This document shows positions 36,580 to 46,187 of a stretch of 64,000 nucleotides of DNA, piece by piece; the stretch's first letter is position 1, and the number at the start of each line of letters is the position of its first letter. A program made the position numbers and the translations under genes. Where the stretch lies: IMG/VR virus record IMGVR_UViG_3300020045_003166, positions 13 to 64,012 of that record; one strand, 5' to 3'. This stretch comes from a virus. Lineage: Duplodnaviria > Caudoviricetes. The notes beneath the pieces are model-generated. The model saw nothing but the letters and a program-made list of their open reading frames with translations, did not search any database and was not told the DNA's origin.

Positions 36580-37590
36580 TCAGGTACCCGGAGTACCGAA
36601 CATCGCACGCCAGTCAGTCCAACCCGAACCGAAGCGCATCGTGCTCTTGTAGCGAACGCTGTCGGTCTCAAAGTCGCCTTCCATTGACTTCTCGATCTTG
36701 CGACGCCACAGGGTCTTCATACCTTCCGACGCATCGGTCTGGACGAACCAGGCGGTAGCCGAGGTGAGACGCGAGAGAACAGCAACATCCGACAGCATAC
36801 CCATCGACTTGACCGGGTTGAGGTCGTTGTTGTTCGTACCTGCGCGCAGCACGCTCTTCAGCAGGACTTCAGCCTGGAGCATGTTACCCGGCGCGACGAC
36901 CAGCTTCTTCGGCGTGATGCGAATCTTCTTACCACGAGGATCAGCCGCTTGACGAATCTGGATCATCATCTGTTCCAGGGACGTTTGCGACAGTGCTGCC
37001 GAAGTGGTTAGCAAGTTCGAAGCCGACGGATCACCCGCTGCAACAGCCAGGGCCGCTGCGTGATTGTTGACACAGAGCGCCGAACCGTCACCACCGGTAT
37101 ACGAGCCGTTGAAGGCGCGATTCAAGTGATTGGCGTGGATCGTCTCGAGCGTCTCGGTCATCGACTGAGCCAGGTGCTTGGAGAACGTGGAACCGATGCG
37201 AATGTGATCACCGTCTTCCACCAGTACCTTGGTCAGCGCGAAAGCCAGACCGTACACTTCGTACGGATAGCGCTTGGCGAACAACTGGCCGCCAGCATCA
37301 TAAGTAACCGGCGTACTGTCGGGGAGAGCCGGAGCAGAGCCCATACCGTAGAGCATCGGCTCTTCATGATAAGCTCGAGTGATACCCGGACTCTCAGTGA
37401 AGATCTGTTTGTACTCATCAGCGCGTTGGTCGTAGACCCCGTCGAACGCTTGATTGAGGATCGGTTCCACAATCGAACGGAAGTCGGAATTGCGCATGGG
37501 AACCACACAGGCGAGAAGGCCGGTACGGACCATGAACATAGTCAGTACGAGGTAGAGGCTTTCAAGGAAGCCAAAGAACATCTTTTTCAT
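36580..37590 (-). CDS. Major capsid protein, with N-terminal hydrophobic leader
   Basis: FRSIVEPILNQAF, YGLAFALT...EDGD, HANHLNRAF, KKLVV...L..AE.LLKS, SATAWFV, RFGSGWTDWR; followed by terminator. Confidence 0.85.
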   Translation of the reverse strand: MKKMFFGFLESLYLVLTMFMVRTGLLACVVPMRNSDFRSIVEPILNQAFDGVYDQRADEYKQIFTESPGITRAYHEEPMLYGMGSAPALPDSTPVTYDAGGQLFAKRYPYEVYGLAFALTKVLVEDGDHIRIGSTFSKHLAQSMTETLETIHANHLNRAFNGSYTGGDGSALCVNNHAAALAVAAGDPSASNLLTTSAALSQTSLEQMMIQIRQAADPRGKKIRITPKKLVVAPGNMLQAEVLLKSVLRAGTNNNDLNPVKSMGMLSDVAVLSRLTSATAWFVQTDASEGMKTLWRRKIEKSMEGDFETDSVRYKSTMRFGSGWTDWRAMFGTPGT

Positions 37591-37601
37591 TTTCAGCTCC
37601 T

Positions 37602-38171
37602 TTAGATTGAATTGACTTCAGCCAGCATCTGGTTCTTGGCGATTTGCACACGGACGATCGTGTAGGCATCACCCCACGCGTTGTCAGCATACGGCGCCAG
37701 ACCCATGATACGGAAGTTGCCCACCGCAGCCGCGCCCTTGAGGGTGGAGTTCATGTACGAACCCGTAACACCCGTATTGACGTTACCCGCAGCGATCACG
37801 ATATCAGCTGAATCACCGATAGCCGTAACTGCAACCGCACCACCCGCTTGAATTTCGCATTCCATAAGCGGATCGAACGGAATGACGTACCATTCGATGT
37901 TGGTGACACCCGACAGCGATGCCGGCCAGTAAGTTGAGTACGTCGGCTTGCCGGTGGCGTCATTGTAACGGCAACCGTCGAAAATGCCATAGGCTGCATC
38001 ATTGGCCGCGATGATCGCAGCGATAGCGCCATCGCCGGTGAGCTTGACAAGATCACCCTTGTAAACCGCCGCCGAAGGAATCGTAGTGAAACCAGACATA
38101 ACGCGTGTCCGAATCGTCCCAGAGGGATGATAGACCGCACGTACGCCCGAAGGAGAAGCATAAGAGCTCAT
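37602..38171 (-). CDS. Putative capsid-associated (decoration/cement) protein
   Basis: Directly upstream of MCP; YKGDLVKL...GIFDGCRY. Confidence 0.6.
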   Translation of the reverse strand: MSSYASPSGVRAVYHPSGTIRTRVMSGFTTIPSAAVYKGDLVKLTGDGAIAAIIAANDAAYGIFDGCRYNDATGKPTYSTYWPASLSGVTNIEWYVIPFDPLMECEIQAGGAVAVTAIGDSADIVIAAGNVNTGVTGSYMNSTLKGAAAVGNFRIMGLAPYADNAWGDAYTIVRVQIAKNQMLAEVNSI

Positions 38172-38182
38172 GATTTAGTCCT

Positions 38183-38752
38183 TTACTGAATGAAGGTAGG
38201 ATTGCGGGGATTACCGCGTCCGAGATTGTTGAAGTCCCCCTCGATCTGCGCCAGTCGTCGACCGTCACTATCTTCATCATTCTTACTGGACACATTGTCA
38301 CGGATTGAAGCTTCTTGTTCCATCGGCATGTCGTGATGGTAAATAGTCATCAAATCGGTGTACGTCTCGGTCGGAATCTTGAACAGCAACATCTCATTAC
38401 AGGCGATACAGCCGTCAAACTCACCACCGGTCGCCAGGAACTGGGTACCGAATGCCGGGACTTCTGAAGCCTTTACTGGAGCATAACCACGTTGAATCCG
38501 CTTGTAGATCGGATCCGTACTATTGGTCGTACTCAGCCAGCAACAATGAAAGCCTGGGAGTTTGGGAGGAGTGGGGAGAACTTCTTGTACCCAGTCTTGT
38601 CGGAGCATGCGACGACGTTCCGAGGCTGAAAGAGCACTTCCATCTTGCTGAACGCGATCAACATCCGCGCTATCACGAGAGCCACGTACAGGCGTCCCTG
38701 CATCCTTCTTGAGGCGGTCATCGCCGAAGGTGTCTTTGATTGGATTAGCCAT
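38183..38752 (-). CDS. Head-region protein of unknown function
   Basis: LPTPP..PGFH.CWLST...RGY.PV...EMLLFKIP. Confidence 0.7.
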   Translation of the reverse strand: MANPIKDTFGDDRLKKDAGTPVRGSRDSADVDRVQQDGSALSASERRRMLRQDWVQEVLPTPPKLPGFHCCWLSTTNSTDPIYKRIQRGYAPVKASEVPAFGTQFLATGGEFDGCIACNEMLLFKIPTETYTDLMTIYHHDMPMEQEASIRDNVSSKNDEDSDGRRLAQIEGDFNNLGRGNPRNPTFIQ

Positions 38753-38763
38753 GTCATGTCTCC

Positions 38764-39735
38764 TTATTTGTTCGAACCGTGTGTACGGTCGTATTCTTGA
38801 AATCGGCGAATTGCATCTGCGCGTTTGGCGGGATCATCAAATGTACCGGCATCTTTCAGAGCTTGAACTCGCTCTGCGGATAAACGGTAAGTCCCTTTGG
38901 GCGCAGTGCCCGATTCCGTTCCTGAACCTGCCACCGGTACACGAGGTTTCGAGGGCTGATTACTTGGAGTCCGATTATACCCTGAAATAGCCCTATGAGG
39001 CAAGTATTTTTTAACCCGTGAATCCAACTCTTCCCAGTATTCCTTGGTCGTCGGGTTCCAACCTTCCTGTACCAAGCGATTGTCAATCTTCATCACCAGA
39101 TCACTATCGGCATCGCTCCCAGCCGGATCATACCACGAATTCTTTTCAATCCAGGCGTTAGCGTTCTGAGCCATGCGCGGATCAAGAGGCTTTGGCTGTT
39201 GTTGAGCCTTCGTCCCCATGTTCTTCTTGGCGTTCTGCAACATGTTGAATCGGTTCTGAGCCGCAAACATCTTCTCCTGGGCATCTACCGCAGTGGCTCC
39301 GTCCGCCATTTCAATAGCCTTGCGATTGACTTCCTTGAAATGATTGTAGTAATTCGACGCTTCGGTAATGGCTGAATCAAGCTGCGCCGCCTGATTACCG
39401 ACCGAATGCTGTTCCACCGACGCGAGCCGGGTAGACAGTTCATTCAGCATTTCATCGCGAGACGCTAGCTCACGCTTGAGCGACTCTACGTATTCCTTAC
39501 GGCTGGCTTTGTTCTGCACGCGCCGTGCCCGGTTGCGTTCGCGCCGTGCGTCAGCCTCTTCTTGAGTTTCTTCGGCGTGGCCGGTTTCGTCATCTGCGTC
39601 ATGCTCATTAGAAGCGACACGTTCGTCATCCTTGTCATCTTCTTTGATTTCAGGTTTGGCGTCTTCACCCACTTGCAGCGAGCCATCGTCGAGTTCCTTG
39701 ACGACCAAGTCGTCTTTCTTGTCTTCATTTTCCAT
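38764..39735 (-). CDS. Capsid scaffolding protein
   Basis: Acidic N-terminus, long coiled coil, W...NSWY, LSAER..AL; position. Confidence 0.7.
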   Translation of the reverse strand: MENEDKKDDLVVKELDDGSLQVGEDAKPEIKEDDKDDERVASNEHDADDETGHAEETQEEADARRERNRARRVQNKASRKEYVESLKRELASRDEMLNELSTRLASVEQHSVGNQAAQLDSAITEASNYYNHFKEVNRKAIEMADGATAVDAQEKMFAAQNRFNMLQNAKKNMGTKAQQQPKPLDPRMAQNANAWIEKNSWYDPAGSDADSDLVMKIDNRLVQEGWNPTTKEYWEELDSRVKKYLPHRAISGYNRTPSNQPSKPRVPVAGSGTESGTAPKGTYRLSAERVQALKDAGTFDDPAKRADAIRRFQEYDRTHGSNK

Positions 39736-39758
39736 TTCTGTTTCCTTTCACAGAATGA

Positions 39759-40019
39759 TTAAACCAATTCCCAATCTTCGGCGAGCATGTCGGTCTGACT
39801 ACACAGCCATGGAACAATCTGTCCGTCGGCTGTTTTCATATCGACATGAGCATGATAGTTAATCTCCGTCCCTTCTGGATAGATACCCAGTAACGGAGCA
39901 CGATTGACCTTAAAAGTAGAACCGGGCACGAGGAATAAAAACATCCCTTTACCGTTCCAACCGGCGCGAGCAACACGTTGTCCGGCTTTCAAGCCCGCAA
40001 GAGCTGATCCAAAGTTCAT
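39759..40019 (-). CDS. DUF2829-like protein
   Basis: MNFGSAL..LKAG.RVARAGWNGKGMF...PWLCSQTDMLAEDW; start at ATG 40019. Confidence 0.8.
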   Translation of the reverse strand: MNFGSALAGLKAGQRVARAGWNGKGMFLFLVPGSTFKVNRAPLLGIYPEGTEINYHAHVDMKTADGQIVPWLCSQTDMLAEDWELV

Positions 40020-40029
40020 ATCTGTATCC

Positions 40030-40437
40030 TCACAGAAGTTGGTCAAATGATTCGAAGTTGCTCTCCACCACCAATTGCACGTTCGTATCATCGAACACGG
40101 CGAAGATAGCCTTCTCTTTTTGCCCAGGAATAGGAGCCTCGAAACGGAAGCCTCCCCAGCGCGGCAGGATAACCAAGTCACCCACTTTAGCCCAAGCCCC
40201 CTCTTTCCACTCTTCACCCGAAGAACGGTCCCTAAAGGCTATTCCTCCAACTGCGACGACGAGTCCCAGCTGGGTGTTACCGTTGTTAAAGTCCTTCGTG
40301 TCTTCCACCAGGACAATACCACCTTGAGTCTTCTCCTTCAAGGTGCGAAGTTGCACCAGGATTTTGGCTCCGGCGGGTTTGGCGCCCGATTCAACTTGTG
40401 GGAAGTGTTGCTGGATGTAATCGTTTTTTGTATTCAC
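40030..40437 (-). CDS. groES: GroES-like co-chaperonin
   Basis: KPAGAKILVQ...KTQGGIVL...GLVVAVG...KVGDLV. Confidence 0.8.
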   Translation of the reverse strand: MNTKNDYIQQHFPQVESGAKPAGAKILVQLRTLKEKTQGGIVLVEDTKDFNNGNTQLGLVVAVGGIAFRDRSSGEEWKEGAWAKVGDLVILPRWGGFRFEAPIPGQKEKAIFAVFDDTNVQLVVESNFESFDQLL

Positions 40438-40634
40438 GATCGTTGCTCCTCTTTCAGATCATCGCGCAATAATGATTCAAGGGTTTCCAGCGCGAGTTGG
40501 AGACCTTGATAACGTCCAGCCTGCACCCCATGTTCGAACGGATCGGACTTGGGACGCATCATGGACGCTTCAGCAACACTGAGTTGTTGATCTTTGATGT
40601 GACCTATGAACTTTGTTACCAGGTTTTGATTCAC
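40434..40634 (-). CDS. Hypothetical protein
   Basis: GRYQGLQLALETL; GTG start. Confidence 0.65.
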   Translation of the reverse strand: MNQNLVTKFIGHIKDQQLSVAEASMMRPKSDPFEHGVQAGRYQGLQLALETLESLLRDDLKEEQRS

Positions 40635-40798
40635 TTGGCTTTAAGCTTCTTAGGTGCGGGTTTGGCTTCAGCTGGTTCATCATCGATAATAGGCTGAATG
40701 TCGGTAGAGAGGTTATAACCGATGGAAAAGTGAGCCAGACTCTTGTCGCTTTCTACAACAGTCTGGACGCCGTCGGGAGTAGTGACTAGATATTTCAT
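40631..40798 (-). CDS. Hypothetical protein, 55 aa (below cutoff)
   Basis: MKYLVTTPDGVQ...KKLKAK; ATGA/GTGA overlaps. Confidence 0.55.
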   Translation of the reverse strand: MKYLVTTPDGVQTVVESDKSLAHFSIGYNLSTDIQPIIDDEPAEAKPAPKKLKAK

Positions 40799-40959
40799 TT
40801 ACACTTCCCGCCTTTCTTCAGACCGCGTTTCTTGAGTTCAGCCACGATGAGTTTCTTGTCTTCGGCAGCGTCCATGTGTTTCTCGACTTTACCGCCGTCT
40901 TTGTAAGCCTTCAAGCCGGGTTGAGCTTGGCCACCCATTACTTTCGCAAGACGTCCCAT
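40795..40959 (-). CDS. Small basic protein, 54 aa, with YKDGGKV and KKGGKC motifs (below cutoff)
   Basis: AGGAG RBS; MGRLAKVMGGQAQPGLKAYKDGGKVEKHMDAAEDKKLIVAELKKRGLKKGGKCK. Confidence 0.7.
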   Translation of the reverse strand: MGRLAKVMGGQAQPGLKAYKDGGKVEKHMDAAEDKKLIVAELKKRGLKKGGKCK

Positions 40960-40974
40960 TACTTTCTCCTCAGG

Positions 40975-41517
40975 TTAGGCTGCGAGTAGCAGCAATTCAA
41001 TGTCATGTTCGTCATCATTAGCCGCTTCAATCGCTTCCCATTCAGCGAGCTTCTGACTGTACGGATTCAGCCAACTTCTAAATTCAGCACTAATTATATT
41101 TAAAAATGGCGTGACCAGGGGGATTTCCACGCGGGGAGGTTTTACGTAAATGGGTTTCGGTAAGACCGGAGGTACCCAGATTTCTACGTCTACTTCCCGA
41201 CGAGGCTTTTTGACAACTCGGAGCTTGGGCTCCACGGGTTTTGTTTCCGAGCCTTGGCCCGTTCCTTTCGCCGTTTCTTTTCCTTGCTTTTGCTCATACT
41301 TTTTCAATTCCTCTTCTTGTAAGTTGTAGAAGAATGCTCTCCAATACCCGGACCGAGCATCCACCTTCTTATTACCGTCACACCAGAACCCGTTAGACCA
41401 GAACCCAGTAGACCAGAACCCGTCTGCCCAGAACTTACAATCTCCCGGCGCGACTTGAGATTGCTTGAATGCGTTCGTACTGAATGAAGCCTGGGAGAAA
41501 GAGTTCGAGCTGAACAT
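40975..41517 (-). CDS. Hypothetical protein with Trp-repeat segment
   Basis: FWADGFWSTGFWSNGFW; C-terminal DDEHDIELLLLAA. Confidence 0.65.
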   Translation of the reverse strand: MFSSNSFSQASFSTNAFKQSQVAPGDCKFWADGFWSTGFWSNGFWCDGNKKVDARSGYWRAFFYNLQEEELKKYEQKQGKETAKGTGQGSETKPVEPKLRVVKKPRREVDVEIWVPPVLPKPIYVKPPRVEIPLVTPFLNIISAEFRSWLNPYSQKLAEWEAIEAANDDEHDIELLLLAA

Positions 41518-43127
41518 TAGGAGGGCTCACCCACGCCTCGCCACTTGTCGGTTGATTGACCTATGCCGATGATCTCGATACTGTTCATTTGTACCGCATT
41601 GACGGCTACAGGGGCTGCGTTCATTTCCGCCAGTAGCACTGTCGTGATGAGCTGGTTGCCCTTCTCGGTCATCGTAGATTCATTGTAGAACGCGCCATAC
41701 CCTTCAATCCAGTACTCGCCGCCCGTACACGACGCGTCAAGCGTGATGTCCCCACCGGAGATGTTCATTTCAGCCAGGCTTCCGGCGACCGCGTTCTTAA
41801 TCAGTACCGAGCCACTGGCTAAGTCCGCAGAGAAGACGGTACTAGCGTGGCTACCCATATCTAACACCGTAAAGTCACCCTCGACAATCGCTCCAGCCAC
41901 TGACAAGGTTTTGCCCGGAGCTATGAAGATATCAGCTTCCATACGTCCGTTTGCAACTTCGCCTTGAATATTGTATACGTTTTTCAGGTAGCAGTCGCTG
42001 AAGACGTTTGCTGCGTTAGACGACGGGCTCATCACGCCCGTTACGGTCATGTTTTCTATGCGACACGAATTGAATACTTTTAGGTTCAGGTCAAAGGTAT
42101 CCGCCGTGAATCCGGTTTCGCCTCGCAGTATTACATTGTCAAAGCCGTCATCCGCCGAGAAACTACCAGTCAGAGCGTACGTATTGAATCCATTAGCGAG
42201 CGCTATAGCTCTAGCGTCAGGTAGATTGTTTACCGGATGGGCTGGAGTACCTAGTGGCCACGTCGTACCCGAAGCCCCATTGACTGAATCAACGTGTACC
42301 GCTCCGTAGAATGATAACCGATCAACCTCTTCATCAATGTCTATCAAGGCTGCGTCGGTGTGTAGATTGATATCATTCTGTAGGGTACCGATAATCTGTC
42401 CGGCAGTTCCGGCGAGGTACGAGCCGGGTAGGATAGTGGTCCATGGGTCACCGGCGGAGGCTGCTGAATTGACCTTGTTACCCATCGTACCCGCTACATT
42501 GAACACCGCCGCTACCGAGTTCCAGACCTCATTCGCCACGCTCTGGGGAGTAACCTCTGCGCCTTGACCCGAGATGGTGGCAGAAATAAACCCGTTAGCC
42601 GTGGCTGTGGCCGTCGGCGTAAAGGTCATAGTTAGGGTCGCGCCTAAGCCTGACTGAGCTCCGAGCACCGGCGTCATAGTGAAACTCGGTCCCGTGAAGC
42701 TCGCCTGAGCTAGTAACGCACCGACGATAACGGGGTTATCAACGGTAAAGCCCATAGAAATAGAGGCTACACCACCGACTACAAGGGCTAACGCCGCCTG
42801 ATCAACCGCCATGTCCAGCGTGATGTTGGCGCTGAGGTTACGCCCGTAAACGCCCGTTCCCGTTGTCGTGACCGAGAATCTGGTCTCATTATGACTCGCC
42901 AAACCTCCGGGCTTGCGGGGCATCAGCCAGGCTACGGGATGACGAGTACCCGCAGGGATAGAGGCTTGAGCGTTGAAACTCGCCTCACCCGCTAACTGAT
43001 TACGCTTGAAAGCCGTGAGGTTGTAACTCGCGGGGAGACAGGAAGGGTTAGCCCCGTCAATCATTGACGTAGCCGTAGTAATACGGCCAGCTAGATTGTA
43101 GCGGAAACCGTTACCCAGGAGCCCCAT
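41517..43127 (-). CDS. Putative fibre/appendage protein with beta-helix-like domain
   Basis: Beta-rich; VWNS...GTMG; C-terminal VNAVQMN...G.GQ..DKWR. Confidence 0.6.
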   Translation of the reverse strand: MGLLGNGFRYNLAGRITTATSMIDGANPSCLPASYNLTAFKRNQLAGEASFNAQASIPAGTRHPVAWLMPRKPGGLASHNETRFSVTTTGTGVYGRNLSANITLDMAVDQAALALVVGGVASISMGFTVDNPVIVGALLAQASFTGPSFTMTPVLGAQSGLGATLTMTFTPTATATANGFISATISGQGAEVTPQSVANEVWNSVAAVFNVAGTMGNKVNSAASAGDPWTTILPGSYLAGTAGQIIGTLQNDINLHTDAALIDIDEEVDRLSFYGAVHVDSVNGASGTTWPLGTPAHPVNNLPDARAIALANGFNTYALTGSFSADDGFDNVILRGETGFTADTFDLNLKVFNSCRIENMTVTGVMSPSSNAANVFSDCYLKNVYNIQGEVANGRMEADIFIAPGKTLSVAGAIVEGDFTVLDMGSHASTVFSADLASGSVLIKNAVAGSLAEMNISGGDITLDASCTGGEYWIEGYGAFYNESTMTEKGNQLITTVLLAEMNAAPVAVNAVQMNSIEIIGIGQSTDKWRGVGEPS

Positions 43128-44036
43128 TTAGCCACCCCAACCGTACTGTCCAGCCGCGTAGAACGTACCGCCTGAGGTAGTCGCGCCCGTATTGTAGACT
43201 AGGAACTGTAGGTTACACCCATCACGGAGACGCGGGAAACTCGGCACCGTATTCACGTAATCGAATAGGTTATACAATCCGGTCTGGGGCACAGGGATCG
43301 GCAGCGATGCTAGTGGATAACACAACCCAATAATCACGGAGCCTGACGCGTGAGCGGTACCACCCCAAGTCAGGGTTTCAATGTCTTTCACGCCGACGTC
43401 ATTACCCGCGAGAGGTAGGAAGGGTCCATATTTGTTCGCCGCATTACCTGAGTTCAGGATAGCTCCGCTCAGAGCGGAAGCCGTAGAGACGCAACCGGCT
43501 GTCGTCACGCGTCCCGTAGTACCGCCTGAATTCGTGTAGGTAATTTGTATCGTAGGCGCGTTAGCGCCCATGTTGGCATAGGCCGCTACGAACATGCGAA
43601 GTCCGGCACCCTCGGGGTATCTGTCCACGTTAGCGGCAGTGCTCCCAATCGGGGTCATTACGACCGTTTTTGCGCCCGCTGCGCTCACGTTTGTAGTAGT
43701 GAGTTTGACGTACCCAATCAAGTCTACAGGTAGGATGAACCAGGGTGCGCCAGCCGCTGCGACAATCGAGCCCCCTAAGGCTGTCAAGTGTTTAGTGGCG
43801 GGTGAGACATCTCCGCTGAGGTAGGTAGCACCTTCAGTCCAGGTTCCGTCTGTGGCCGTGAAGTTCAACTCGGTACCACCGTAAGTCGCTGCGGGAGGAG
43901 AACCTGCTGCGTTAATCAGGTGTTGCCAGTGACCCGCCATGCCGGCAGCTACAAAGTTTTTCTGGAAGATAAATCCATTGGTCTTGCCGTTGGAGGTCAT
44001 CTGATTAATCATATCGTCTTGCGAAGTCCAGCCCAT
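43128..44036 (-). CDS. Hypothetical structural protein
   Basis: Clean ORF; probable paralog of 44041-44940. Confidence 0.7.
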   Translation of the reverse strand: MGWTSQDDMINQMTSNGKTNGFIFQKNFVAAGMAGHWQHLINAAGSPPAATYGGTELNFTATDGTWTEGATYLSGDVSPATKHLTALGGSIVAAAGAPWFILPVDLIGYVKLTTTNVSAAGAKTVVMTPIGSTAANVDRYPEGAGLRMFVAAYANMGANAPTIQITYTNSGGTTGRVTTAGCVSTASALSGAILNSGNAANKYGPFLPLAGNDVGVKDIETLTWGGTAHASGSVIIGLCYPLASLPIPVPQTGLYNLFDYVNTVPSFPRLRDGCNLQFLVYNTGATTSGGTFYAAGQYGWGG

Positions 44037-44040
44037 GTCA

Positions 44041-44940
44041 TTACTCCCATTGCGTCGTGAGGACGCCGGTTAAAATAGAAGATGCTAGCGAGCCAGCATT
44101 ACCCAAACTGATGAACCCTAGTATAGCGCTCGGCTTGACTTCGTAAACAGGTATGTGAATCAAGGCTTCCATATGCGTTGCAGCTCCATAGCTGTCTAAG
44201 CTGCCGGTCGTCGTGCGTCGACATTCCTGGGTGGCCTGTGTGTCTAAAATAGGCTTCACGATTACGATAGCCATTAGACCACCACCTGCTGCCGTAAAGG
44301 TACAAGACTCTACGGAAATAGCGCTTGAATCACCAGCCTGTAGGCTGAGGAACGGTAGAGAATTAGTGGCGGCACCGTTAGTAGAGGTCAATAGAATACC
44401 CCCACCGGCGACTACCTTAGTGTTGGTCGCGACGGTTGTCCGCCCAGCCACGCCATCTTGATTCGTATAAGACAGCGTGAAAGTACCGTTAGTAGAGCTG
44501 GCTGACTGAGCCACGCACATGATTTGACCACCCTGCGGATACCGACTCGGGAGCGGGTTGGTCTGGACCATATCCTGTTGCTCGCCCACGGCGTCGGTGT
44601 CTACGAACGGGTAGTACATCAGGTAATCGGCGAGCATCAAACGCTGATTCTGATTGCTAGTACCTGTCGCGCTACTGGCCGCAGTCATAGTGCAAACGTC
44701 TTTGATGAATTGCGACTTACCGATGTTCGGCAGGTTAATCCCTCGGTTGGCTTCTACGTAAGCTGATTCAAGTGGTGAAGAGGCGTAGAAGTTAGCGACA
44801 GGATTGCCGGCGTAGTAAGTGTAATCAATGAAGTCGTTAGCGGACGTAGCTGCACTCGCCACGGTCTTACGGAACGTGGTGATGTGCCGCTGTCCGCGCT
44901 CATGGGCGTTAGCCCACTCGGCGACGTTCTTGAATCCCAT
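44041..44940 (-). CDS. Hypothetical structural protein
   Basis: Shares P.RY..G, YTN..G..GR.T and F(L)PL motifs with 43128-44036. Confidence 0.7.
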   Translation of the reverse strand: MGFKNVAEWANAHERGQRHITTFRKTVASAATSANDFIDYTYYAGNPVANFYASSPLESAYVEANRGINLPNIGKSQFIKDVCTMTAASSATGTSNQNQRLMLADYLMYYPFVDTDAVGEQQDMVQTNPLPSRYPQGGQIMCVAQSASSTNGTFTLSYTNQDGVAGRTTVATNTKVVAGGGILLTSTNGAATNSLPFLSLQAGDSSAISVESCTFTAAGGGLMAIVIVKPILDTQATQECRRTTTGSLDSYGAATHMEALIHIPVYEVKPSAILGFISLGNAGSLASSILTGVLTTQWE

Positions 44941-45380
44941 TAGTCGGCCACGATATCCAGATCGCCACCCGCGAACTGAGGCTGAATCAAGTTTGCCACC
45001 GCGAGTGAGGAGCTAAGCTGACCCGAGAACAGTAGCAGACCAGCCCCAGACGCCGCTGTGCCGATACCGACATAAGTCACGGTTGCGCCGGTTGCTCCAC
45101 ACTGAGGAAATTGGACTAGGGAAGCGTTAGTCGCAGTGTTACCTGCGATAGTCCAAGCGCCCGAGGTACGTACCACACCTACGCGTGCGTAATTCGTATA
45201 GACGGTTTCATTGGTAGACTGCGTACCCGCTTCACCGGGATCACCCGTATGCAGGCTAACGTAGAGGCTTCCCGATGCAGCTGAGGGCTGAAGACCTGCC
45301 GCGTCACCTATCAGAGCGATAGCGTTGTTGTTGAATACTAGCTCTAATAGCTCGGTTTCAAAAGCATTTGACATACTCAT
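44940..45380 (-). CDS. Phage tail-fibre-associated protein
   Basis: MSNAFETELL...LYVSLHTGDPGEAG...NYAR(V)...VQFP. Confidence 0.7.
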   Translation of the reverse strand: MSMSNAFETELLELVFNNNAIALIGDAAGLQPSAASGSLYVSLHTGDPGEAGTQSTNETVYTNYARVGVVRTSGAWTIAGNTATNASLVQFPQCGATGATVTYVGIGTAASGAGLLLFSGQLSSSLAVANLIQPQFAGGDLDIVAD

Positions 45381-45395
45381 AACATTACTCCTTGA

Positions 45396-46187
45396 TTAAG
45401 CGGGACGCATTGGATCAGCCGGAGTACCGCTTCCGGTCAGGGGTTTGGAATTGATTTGTACTGTATTTACAGGAATTGCGGTTGCTTGCAGCGCGGCAAG
45501 GACGGCGGCGGCGATTCGGGCTATGTCGGCGTCTGAGAGGGAGCCGGTGAATGTGCCTGCGGCTCTTGTGGCAACCCCTGAAACTGTCGCGGAAACCGAA
45601 ACAAGGTTCCCCGAGGCGTCGTGCGTCGTGGCTACTCCTGTCCTGATGGCACTGCCGATCACAGACGCAGAGAGCGCGGAAAGAGCCCCGGAGGCCGTGT
45701 GGACTGTAGCCGCGCCAGTTCGTACCGCGGACCCTGATACCGTCGCGGTCACTGCAACCAGGGCACCACTGGCGGTATGCGTTACAAATCCGACCGACCG
45801 TGTAGCCGATCCTGAAACACTAGCCGCGCCAGATGCAAGCGCCCCAGTAGCCGTGTGCGTGACCGTGCCGACCCGTAAATCAACGCGAACTGGATCGCCA
45901 ACCGGAACCATCCCTACTTTTAACTGCCATTCAAACCAATATAAATCATCGGGCGCATCTGAAAACTCGAAGCTGGTATCCTCATACGCAACCAACTTGC
46001 CAGCGCTCGGCCATGTGGTGATCGTCCCGCAGATTTCCTTACCGTTATCCGCAGGGAAACTTAGACTTTTGAACGCATAACCCGCGCCATCATCCCCAAA
46101 CTCTGGAATGTTTTCAGCCAGTACGCCGGTCTTGGGCGTCCCGAGTATCCGTCGCCCCGCTGACGATTGGTTTAGGTTGCGCAGCAT
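45396..46187 (-). CDS. Appendage protein with 4 x ~26-aa THxASGxL...VSGSAxR repeats
   Basis: Repeats read in translation. Confidence 0.7.
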   Translation of the reverse strand: MLRNLNQSSAGRRILGTPKTGVLAENIPEFGDDGAGYAFKSLSFPADNGKEICGTITTWPSAGKLVAYEDTSFEFSDAPDDLYWFEWQLKVGMVPVGDPVRVDLRVGTVTHTATGALASGAASVSGSATRSVGFVTHTASGALVAVTATVSGSAVRTGAATVHTASGALSALSASVIGSAIRTGVATTHDASGNLVSVSATVSGVATRAAGTFTGSLSDADIARIAAAVLAALQATAIPVNTVQINSKPLTGSGTPADPMRPA

